The notes beneath the pieces were generated by a model that searched no databases, was not told where the DNA came from, and saw only the letters and a list, made by a program, of their open reading frames with translations. DNA of 20,000 nucleotides from an uncultured virus (IMG/VR IMGVR_UViG_3300027973_000050) (Duplodnaviria; Heunggongvirae; Uroviricota; Caudoviricetes). The stretch lies in the IMG/VR virus record IMGVR_UViG_3300027973_000050. One strand, written 5' to 3'. Both the position numbers and the translations under genes were made by a program. Position 1 is the stretch's first letter. Every line of letters starts with the position of its first letter. This document shows positions 7,013 through 15,700 of the stretch, piece after piece.

Positions 7013-8755
7013 ATGGCAGATGAAAAAAGAGTAGCCACAGGCACAGGTAGTAATAATCCAGGACCATATCTAGCTAAAATTGTTAGTTTTTTAGATCCTG
7101 CTTATATGGGCAATTTGCAAGTGCAGATTTTAACTGAGGTAGGTAGTGCTAAACAAAAAGAAGGCGAACTGCATCAAGTAAGATATATGAGTCCTTTCAT
7201 GGGATATACTGAATCAGAATATGCTACATCAGAATTAGACTATAATAATTCACAAAAAAGTTATGGTTTATGGATGATTCCACCAGATGTGGGGTCTATT
7301 GTGATGGTCATATTTGTAGAAGGTGACCCCAAAAAAGGGTATTGGATTGGTTGTGTGCATAACGCACAAAATCCTGGTGTGAATTTTATGACACCAGGAT
7401 ATGCTGCAACAACCTACAATAATGAAACTGTTAAAAAACGATTGCCTGTTGCTGAATATAACTTAAAAGCAATAGACATGGTGCCAACAGATCTAAGCAA
7501 AACTAAAAAAGCTGTTCATCCATTTAAAGATATATTAAACAGACAGGGACTATTATTAGATGATATCAGAGGCATTACCAGTAGCAGTGCTAGAAGAGAA
7601 TGGCCCAGTGCTGTATTTGGCATAAGCACTCCTGGACCTATAGACAAACAGGATGGAGCAAAAAAAGCTAAATCAGGTAAGATAGACAATCAAGCCACAA
7701 CCTTTGTAAGTAGATTAGGTGGATCTAGTTTTGTAATGGATGACGGTGATGACAAATTTCTTAGAAAAAAGCCAGCAAGTGAAGCCCCTCCAGAGTATGT
7801 GTCAGTTGAAAATAAGGAAACAGGTGGCGATGTTACTATCCCCCATAATGAATTAATTAGGATAAAAACAAGAACTGGACATCAAATATTATTACACAAT
7901 AGCGAAGACTTGATCTACATAGGCAATGCTCGTGGCACTACTTGGATAGAAATGTCCAGCAATGGCAAAATAGATATCTATGCAGAAGATAGTATCAGTG
8001 TGCATACCAAAAACGATTTAAATTTCTATGCTGATCGAGATATTAATATGGAGTGTGGTAGAAATTTTAATACCAAAGTTGGCGGTGAAATGCAGACTGA
8101 AGTAATTAAAGATCAAAATACTATAGTAGAAGGTAATCAATCCAATTGGGTTCAAGGTAATGTTAATACCACCATTGATGGTAATCATTTACATAAAAAT
8201 GGTGGCAATTTTGATCTAAAAAGTGGCGGTAATAATAAATTAACTGCTGGAGGCAATTCAGAGCTTAACTCTGGAGGCAATAATGTAATTACTGCTGGCG
8301 GAGCTCTTGATATTAAAAGTGGCGGCGCCAGTAAATGGACTGGCGGCGGCGCAACTAGTATTGGTGGAGCAAGTTTAGTGCTCAGTGCCAGCACAATCAA
8401 TCTCAACGGTCCATCAGCACCCACAGCCGCCACCGCCGCTGAAGCTGCTGAAGCTGAACTGCCTAAAGTATTAAAAACGCATAGTGTGCCAGATGAAAAG
8501 GGATCAAAATTATTTAATACTATCATGCGTCGTGTACCAACACACGAACCTTGGGCACATCATGAAAATTTAGATCCAGAACAATTTACTCCTGAAAAAA
8601 CAGATAGAGATATTGATGGAAGAAATGAAGAAAATAGTGAATCAATTTTATTAGTGGACAAAAATTTACCAGAATATTGGTCAGGCTCACCAGCTGACAA
8701 GCAAAAATATACCACCAGTACTGACACTTTTGCCAAAGTTAAAAAGGATAAATGA
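7013..8755 (+). CDS. 5: Baseplate central spike, gp5/VgrG-like (OB fold plus beta-helix), no lysozyme domain recognised
   Basis: N-terminal OB-fold motifs GPYLAKIV...DP...GNLQV and PPDVGSIVMVIFVEGDPKKGYWIG, followed by TRTGHQILL and a run of 8-aa (V/S/A)xGN repeats. Immediately upstream of gp25. Confidence 0.85.
   Translation: MADEKRVATGTGSNNPGPYLAKIVSFLDPAYMGNLQVQILTEVGSAKQKEGELHQVRYMSPFMGYTESEYATSELDYNNSQKSYGLWMIPPDVGSIVMVIFVEGDPKKGYWIGCVHNAQNPGVNFMTPGYAATTYNNETVKKRLPVAEYNLKAIDMVPTDLSKTKKAVHPFKDILNRQGLLLDDIRGITSSSARREWPSAVFGISTPGPIDKQDGAKKAKSGKIDNQATTFVSRLGGSSFVMDDGDDKFLRKKPASEAPPEYVSVENKETGGDVTIPHNELIRIKTRTGHQILLHNSEDLIYIGNARGTTWIEMSSNGKIDIYAEDSISVHTKNDLNFYADRDINMECGRNFNTKVGGEMQTEVIKDQNTIVEGNQSNWVQGNVNTTIDGNHLHKNGGNFDLKSGGNNKLTAGGNSELNSGGNNVITAGGALDIKSGGASKWTGGGATSIGGASLVLSASTINLNGPSAPTAATAAEAAEAELPKVLKTHSVPDEKGSKLFNTIMRRVPTHEPWAHHENLDPEQFTPEKTDRDIDGRNEENSESILLVDKNLPEYWSGSPADKQKYTTSTDTFAKVKKDK
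8054..8365 (+). repeat. About 13 tandem 8-aa (24-bp) degenerate beta-helix repeats in the spike
   Basis: CGRNFNTK/VGGEMQTE/VIKDQNTI/VEGNQSNW/VQGNVNTT/IDGNHLHK/NGGNFDLK/SGGNNKLT/AGGNSELN/SGGNNVIT/AGGALDIK/SGGASKWT/GGGATSIG. Confidence 0.85.
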
Positions 8756-9198
8756 TTATGGCTATTCAACGTCTTTATGAAAAACTAGTAGTAAAAAGTA
8801 ACACACCTAAATTAGAACCGCCACTGCCTAGAACATATAGGGGATTTAGCACTGTAAGTGATGACAGCGAGTCATATGCTCTCTATGATTTGGCTCTAAT
8901 TAAACAGGATATTATCAATCATTTTCATGTTAGACAGGGCGAGAGACTAATGAATCCTGAGTTTGGTACCATAATTTGGGATGTGATTTTTGAACCATTA
9001 ACTGAAGATTTACAAGCACTGATAGCACAAAACGTACAGGACATTATTAATTATGAACCTAGAGTCATAGCCAATGACATAATTGTCACAGCTTATGAAA
9101 ATGGCATTCAAATTGAATGTGACTTGACTTATTTGCCCTATAACATATCTGAATCATTGAGATTTAGATTTGATCAAGCTAATGGATTAATCGGTTAA
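8752..9198 (+). CDS. 25: Baseplate wedge / sheath initiator, gp25/GPW family
   Basis: Contains DLALIKQDIINHFHVRQGERLMNPEFGTIIWDVIFEP...INYEPRV, the GPW_gp25 signature. The start is either ATG 8752 (ATGA overlap) or ATG 8758 (AAGGA at 8744-8748). Confidence 0.92.
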   Translation: MIMAIQRLYEKLVVKSNTPKLEPPLPRTYRGFSTVSDDSESYALYDLALIKQDIINHFHVRQGERLMNPEFGTIIWDVIFEPLTEDLQALIAQNVQDIINYEPRVIANDIIVTAYENGIQIECDLTYLPYNISESLRFRFDQANGLIG

Positions 9199-9218
9199 AC
9201 TAGCAGTTTATTATCTAC

Positions 9219-9226
9219 TATAAATA
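9219..9226 (+). promoter_or_regulatory. T4-type late promoter TATAAATA
   Basis: Exact T4 late consensus in the only sizeable intergenic gap (9199-9245) of the structural module. It is followed by an AAGGA RBS (9235-9239) and ATG 9246. Confidence 0.82.
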
Positions 9227-9245
9227 TCAAGAACAAGGATAGTTA

Positions 9246-12200
9246 ATGTCATCGACCAATAGACAAAATAGATTACTAGTATCAGAAGATTGGAAAAAAA
9301 TCTATCAAAGTTATCGCAATGCGGACTTTAAGAGTTATGACTTTGAAAATCTTCGTAGAGTCATGGTGGACTATCTAAGAGAAAACTACCCAGAAGACTT
9401 TAATGATTATATTGAAAGTAGTGAATATCTAGCCTTAATAGATATGATTGCTTTTTTAGGCCAAAGTATTGCTTTTAGAGTGGACCTAAATGCTCGTGAT
9501 AACTTTTTAGAACTAGCTGAACGTAGAGAAAGTGTACTGAGATTATCAAGAACTATTGGTTATAATGCCAAACGTAATTTGACAGCTAACGGCTTACTGA
9601 AATTTCAAAGTGTTCAAACTTCACAAGATATTATTGACAGTAATGGAAGAAATTTACGTGGTCAAGAAATAGTATGGAATGACAATGCCAATAGCAATTG
9701 GTATGAACAATTTATCAAAGTAATAAATGCAGCATTGCCGGCAAATAGTCAATTTGGTAACCCAGACAATAAAGCAGTAATTTATAATATACCTACAGAA
9801 CAATATAGATTGCAAACTGTAAACACAGTGATTCCCGTTTATACATTTAAAAAGGTTGTAGATGGCAGGACCATGAACTTTGAAGTAGTCAGTACTATCA
9901 TAGAAAATGGCAACGAGATCGCAGAAGATCCGCCTCAAGCAGGCAAAAGTCTAGCATTTCTTTATAGAGATGATGGCAGAGGAGCAGCCAGTCCTAGTTC
10001 TGGATTTTTTGCACATTTTAGACAGGGCAGTTTGAATACTGGTACATTTTCAATCAGCAACCCTAGTACAAATGAAATTATAGATATTGATGCTGATGGA
10101 ATCAATAACACAGATGTTTGGTTATATAAATTAAATGCCAACGGTGTCGAATCAGAATACTGGGCTAAGGTGCCTAGTTTTGAAGGCAATAATGTAATAT
10201 ATAATAGCTTAAAGAAAAATATTAGAAATATCTATTCAGTTATCACTAGGACCAATGATAGAGTTAGTGTAGCTTTTAGTGACGGCACATTTGGCACATT
10301 GCCACTAGGTAATTTTAGAATTTATTATCGAGTCAGTAATGGTCTTAGATATACTATTAATCCTAAAGATATTAAAAATGTTGTAGTGGATATTCAATAT
10401 GTTTCTAATACTGGTCAAAGTCAAGTGTTAACTATAACCATGGGACTTCAAACCAGTGTAAACAACAGCGCCCCGTTTGAAACCAATGAAGAAATAAAAA
10501 TTAATGCACCTGCCACATATTATACGCAAAATCGTATGATTACAGCAGAGGATTACAATATTAGCCCATTAAGTGTCAGTCAAGAAATAATAAAAATCAA
10601 AGCCATTAATAGATCTAGCAGTGGCATTAGTAGATATTTTGACCTAAATGACCCAACTGGCAAATATAGCAGTACAAATTTATTTGGTGACGATGGTATA
10701 CTTTATAAGCAATTATATGAGGACAGTTTTAGATTTAATTATACAAATAAAACAGATATTGAGGGTATAATTTACAATCAAGTTTTTAATTTTATTAAAG
10801 ATACAAACCTTCGTAATTTTTACTACGACAATTATGATAAAACGGTAGTAATATATAATAATTTAAGTTGGAATCAAATAACTCAAGACACTAATCAATG
10901 TACTGGATATTTTAAAGACCCTACTCAAATAGTAATTGGCACAACTAATAATGATTTAAAAAATATAGAACCAGGTGCGTTAATTAAATTCCAAGCCAAA
11001 TCTGGATTTTATTTTGATAGATCAAATGAAAATGCCTTTGTAAGTATCCCTCAAACTGGCATCCCAGTTGGTGGATCAACATATATTTGGGCCAAAGTGG
11101 TAAGTGTTACTAACAATGGCCTAGGCAGTAGCACTGATAACCCAACAGGCATATTAGCCAACGGCAACGGAGCAATTACTCTAAACGTTCAAATTCCATC
11201 TACTGCTCGATTAGTAAACATCATACCTAGATGGAGAACTACTCTAGACACTGCCACTATTACAAACATTATTGATTTGGTTTTTGCCAATAAGCCATTT
11301 GGTCTGAGATATGATTTAACATCCAAAAATTGGAAAATAGTATTTGAAAGTAATCTTAATATTATTGATAACTTTAACATTGGCAAAACTGGTGACGACA
11401 GCAATCAAAAATTAGACAGTAGTTGGCTGTTATTATTCAGCACTGACACAGAGTATTACACAGTTACAGCTAGAAAATTAAAATATATTTTTGAAAGTGA
11501 CAAGCAAATTCGTTTTTATTATGACAGCAATAATAAAATTTATGATAGTAGAAGCAACTTAATTATCAAAGATCAAATAAAAGTATTAAACATTAATACA
11601 AATCCTGCTAGTTTAAATCAAATAACCCCCTTTACCTATAATTTAGATTGGGAAATACATAAAGAATTTTTAGGCGTAGATGGTTATGTAGATACTAAAA
11701 AAATAGAAATAACTTTTAATGACAGCAATGATGATGGTGTTGTTGATGATCCTAATATTTTTGACGTTATTGTGGATCCTAGCACTGACACATCAAGATA
11801 CATAATTTTAGAAAAATACGAAATAAGCAACGGGCAAACAGACTATAGATATGTTTCTAATAAAATTGGCAATAAAAATATTGTAGAAATCAGACCTAAT
11901 ATTGGATCTGTAATTGACAAAGTTGCTGATCAATATTACTATTTCATAGACACAAACACTGTGCAGCAATGGAATGCTACCAAAGGACGATTTATTGCCA
12001 GTTTAGATTATAAAGTTTTTCAAGGCAGATCAAATTTAAAATTCCAATACATACACAGTGCAGATTATGAATCTAGAATAGACCCTGGTCAAATTAATAT
12101 TGTTGATCTTTACATACTGACCAAACAATATGATTTGGATTTTAGAAGATGGTTAATTGGTAAACTAGATACAGAACCTTTACCGTTAAGTTCTGACCAG

Positions 12201-12710
12201 TTAAGTTTGACATTGTCCACTGAATTAAATGCTATCAAAGCCATGAGTGATGAAGTTATCTATCATCCAGTAAGATACAAGGTATTATTTGGCAACACTG
12301 CTAGCCCAAATCTTAGAGCTAGTTTTAAGGTTATTAAAAATACTGAGCAAATAATCAGCGACAATGAAATACGAACTAATGTATTGTCTGCTATAAATGA
12401 ATTCTTTGCTGTGGACAATTGGGATTTTGGTGATAGCTTTTATTTCAGTGAACTAGTCACATATGTTATGAATAGAACTACTCCTTATCTAGTTAATATT
12501 GTCATAGTGCCTAGACAACTAGACTTGCATTTTGGTAGTTTATTTGAAATTAAAGCAGAGAGTGATCAGATTTTTATTAATGGCGCTACCACTGATGATA
12601 TTGAAGTGATCTCGGCCATTACCGCCAGTAACATATCAGCTGACGGCGCCATAAGCGTATCTAACACAGTTGTGTCACAACAAAACATATCCAGTAGTGG
12701 AGGCTATTGA
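9246..12710 (+). CDS. 6: Baseplate wedge subunit, T4 gp6-like (baseplate J family), enlarged
   Basis: 1154 aa. N-terminal DFENLRRVMVDYLR..YPEDFNDY...LIDMIAF...DNFLELAERRESVLRLSRTIGY, central FSDGTFG and ETNEEIKINAP..YYTQNRMITAEDY, C-terminal NEFFAVDNWDFGDSFYFSEL. It follows gp25. Confidence 0.9.
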   Translation: MSSTNRQNRLLVSEDWKKIYQSYRNADFKSYDFENLRRVMVDYLRENYPEDFNDYIESSEYLALIDMIAFLGQSIAFRVDLNARDNFLELAERRESVLRLSRTIGYNAKRNLTANGLLKFQSVQTSQDIIDSNGRNLRGQEIVWNDNANSNWYEQFIKVINAALPANSQFGNPDNKAVIYNIPTEQYRLQTVNTVIPVYTFKKVVDGRTMNFEVVSTIIENGNEIAEDPPQAGKSLAFLYRDDGRGAASPSSGFFAHFRQGSLNTGTFSISNPSTNEIIDIDADGINNTDVWLYKLNANGVESEYWAKVPSFEGNNVIYNSLKKNIRNIYSVITRTNDRVSVAFSDGTFGTLPLGNFRIYYRVSNGLRYTINPKDIKNVVVDIQYVSNTGQSQVLTITMGLQTSVNNSAPFETNEEIKINAPATYYTQNRMITAEDYNISPLSVSQEIIKIKAINRSSSGISRYFDLNDPTGKYSSTNLFGDDGILYKQLYEDSFRFNYTNKTDIEGIIYNQVFNFIKDTNLRNFYYDNYDKTVVIYNNLSWNQITQDTNQCTGYFKDPTQIVIGTTNNDLKNIEPGALIKFQAKSGFYFDRSNENAFVSIPQTGIPVGGSTYIWAKVVSVTNNGLGSSTDNPTGILANGNGAITLNVQIPSTARLVNIIPRWRTTLDTATITNIIDLVFANKPFGLRYDLTSKNWKIVFESNLNIIDNFNIGKTGDDSNQKLDSSWLLLFSTDTEYYTVTARKLKYIFESDKQIRFYYDSNNKIYDSRSNLIIKDQIKVLNINTNPASLNQITPFTYNLDWEIHKEFLGVDGYVDTKKIEITFNDSNDDGVVDDPNIFDVIVDPSTDTSRYIILEKYEISNGQTDYRYVSNKIGNKNIVEIRPNIGSVIDKVADQYYYFIDTNTVQQWNATKGRFIASLDYKVFQGRSNLKFQYIHSADYESRIDPGQINIVDLYILTKQYDLDFRRWLIGKLDTEPLPLSSDQLSLTLSTELNAIKAMSDEVIYHPVRYKVLFGNTASPNLRASFKVIKNTEQIISDNEIRTNVLSAINEFFAVDNWDFGDSFYFSELVTYVMNRTTPYLVNIVIVPRQLDLHFGSLFEIKAESDQIFINGATTDDIEVISAITASNISADGAISVSNTVVSQQNISSSGGY

Positions 12711-15700
12711 TGAACGATAATCAATTAGAAAATCCACCATCAAATGACCCCAATCAAAGAAGAAAAGCTGAAAATCTTATTCCTAGATTTTATAGAACTG
12801 ACAGCAATAAAAAGTTTATTTCTGGTACAATTAATCAACTTATACAAACTGGTACTGTGCGCCGTCTTAACGGACACATAGGTAGAGAAAATTCCAAAGC
12901 CACAACAGCCAATGACATTTTTTTAAATGAGCCTGTACAAGATAGACAAAATTATCAACTTGAACCAAGTTTGATCATTGAAGATACCTTGGGCAATGTG
13001 AACTTTTATAAGGATTATTTGGACTATGTTAACACATTAACAGTATTAGACGGTAAGCCTAGTAATCATGAAAGAGTTAATCAACAGGAATTTTATAGTT
13101 GGGAACCACATATAGATTGGGACAAAATAGTAAATTTTGCACACTATTATTGGTTGCCTTTTGGACCAGATGCCATAACAATACCTGGACAGCAACAAAA
13201 AATATCTAGCACTTTAAAAGTCACATTATCCGATGAGGGCGATAATAGAGCGTATCTTTTTACACCGGATGGATTAACTAGAAATCCTTCATTGACATTG
13301 TATCGTGGGCAGACATATCGTTTTGAAATTGATTGTGTTAATGAACCTTTTAGCATTAAAACTCAAAGACAAACTGGTGAAGCATATAGATTCATAGAGG
13401 GGGTGGATAATTTTGCTGTAGAAAATGGTGTAATAACTTTTACTGTGCCATTAGAATGTGCAGATGTACTGTACTATGTTAGTGAAAATACACCAGATAC
13501 ATCGGGCATTATTAAAGTTTTTGACATTAAAGAAAACACAGCTATTGATGTTGAGAACGAAATACTTAATAAAAAAACATACACACTGGCCAGCGGATTA
13601 AGTCTAAGCAATGGCATGAAAGTTAATTTTAGAGGCAGGGTAACTCCTAGTTTATACAGTGAGGGCGACTTTTATGTAGAAGGTGTGGGTGAAAAGATTC
13701 AACTTATACCTGAAAAACAATTAGAAATTATTGCACCTTATACCAAAGATTATGAGGTAACTTTTGACGACACTGGCTATGATAAATTAGCCTATAATGA
13801 TGTTAAGTATGCGCCACTAGTCAAAGATTATATTTCAATTAATAGAGCCAGTTCAGATAGAAACCCTTGGAGTAGATATAATCGTTGGTTTCATGAATCT
13901 ATTATAGAAAAAACTGCCATTGAACTTGGGCAGCAGCCAGTATTTGATCAAGCGCAGCGAGCCAAACGTCCAATTATAGAATTTAATGCAAATATTAAAC
14001 TTTATAATTTTGGTACAATTCCCAAACAAGATATTGATCTAGTTGATGATTTTACTGGTGATGTTTTTTCTATTATAGAAGGTTCTTTAGGTTATAATAT
14101 TGACGGTGTATCCTTACTTGACGGACATAGAATATTATTTACAGGTGACAATGATCCCTTAGTTGATGGTAAAATATATCGAGTAAACTTTATCACCACA
14201 CATGATAACAATAGCAGTATTGGTATTAGAAGGATCCATTTAGAGGAAGAGCCTGACACACTGCCAAATTTACATGATGTAGTATTGGTTAAAACTGGTG
14301 CAAAGTATACAGCACAAATGTTATGGTATAATGGCACAAAATGGATTCTTGGTCAGGCAAAATCAGCACAAAATCAACAACCTTTATTTGACCTATTTGA
14401 TGAAGATGGCGTTAATTTAGGTGATTCCAGCAAATATGATGGCTCAACTTTTTCAGGAAATAAGATTTTTTCCTATAAGATAGGCACTGGCACAGCAGAC
14501 TCTGAATTGAAATTTGCCCTAAGCTATAAGAATATAAACAATGTAGGCGATATTCTTTTTAATTTTGACCTATTACAAAATTCTTTTTCTTATAAGATTC
14601 AGTCTGAAGTAATAACAGAAAAAACTGATAACAAATTTCTTAAAAAGAATAATAATTTAAGCAGCGAATATCTTAATGGTTGGACAGTTAACAAATTAAA
14701 AAATGTTCAGCCCATAGTAAGAATTTATAAAAATTCTAATTTATATAATAATTTTCCCGTAGATGTTTATGATGATATTAATAATCTTGATGATCTTTTG
14801 GTAAAAGTTTATATAAATGGCAAAAGATTAGATAAGAATTTATTTCATATTAACGATGACATTGTCTATAAAACAGTTGTATTAGATAAGGATGTAACTG
14901 ATGCAGACATAGTCACATTAAAATGTTATAGTAAACAATGTAAAAATAACAATGGGAAATATGATTTCCCAATTAATTTTCAAAATAATCCACTAAACAA
15001 TAATATTAATGATTTTACTCTAGGTGAAGTAATTGATCATGTAGATTCCATAATAGATAATCTTGACACATTTGTTGGAGCATATCCAGGAGTAAGTAAT
15101 CTTAGAGATCTTTCAGATGTTAGTTCTTATGGCTTAAAATTTGTACAGCATAGTGGCAGTATTAATGCTTCACTTTATCATTTAACAAATAAAACTGCCA
15201 ATGTTATAAATGCATTAGAAAAATCTAGAGATGATTATGGAAAATTTAAACGAAACTTTATTAGTCATTTAACTGAATTATCAAATGACATATCGGTTAA
15301 AGAGTCAGTGGATCAAATACTATTTGATATTAATCAAGGAAATCCTAAAACAGCACCCTATTATTTTAGTGATGTATTAGGATATGGGGCATGTAAACAA
15401 ACTGATTTTACCGTACAGGATTATAGAGTAGTCAAATACCCGCTGTCCGCACCATTTACACTGGACACACTGAGTCATAAAGCTGTAAATGTTTACTTAA
15501 ACACTGTTCAATTAATACACGAACAAGATTATACATTTGGGTTTGACGGATTTATTGAGGTATTGACCCCTATTAAAGAAAATGATGTCTTAACTGTTTA
15601 TGAATATGAAAGTACAGATGGGTGTTTTATCCCACCAACACCAACTACTTTGGGATTGTATCCCAAATTTGAACCTCAAAAATATTTAGATACTACATTA

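Noticed and set aside
8054..8365. 24-bp periodic GGC/GGT-AAT repeats as a CRISPR array, VNTR or DGR repeat
   Set aside because: The periodicity is at the protein level (beta-helix rungs) with degenerate DNA. There are no identical repeats with spacers and no reverse transcriptase in the window.
9196..9213. Rho-independent terminator after gp25
   Set aside because: The stem is a 6-bp AT-rich one with a 3-nt loop and no clean U tract. It is too weak to call and is kept only as a note in the findings.
3275..12710. Bacterial eCIS, T6SS or tailocin locus
   Set aside because: The linked gp55, gp47 and gp46 genes, T4-type late promoters and T4-type gp6 indicate a lytic T4-like phage genome.
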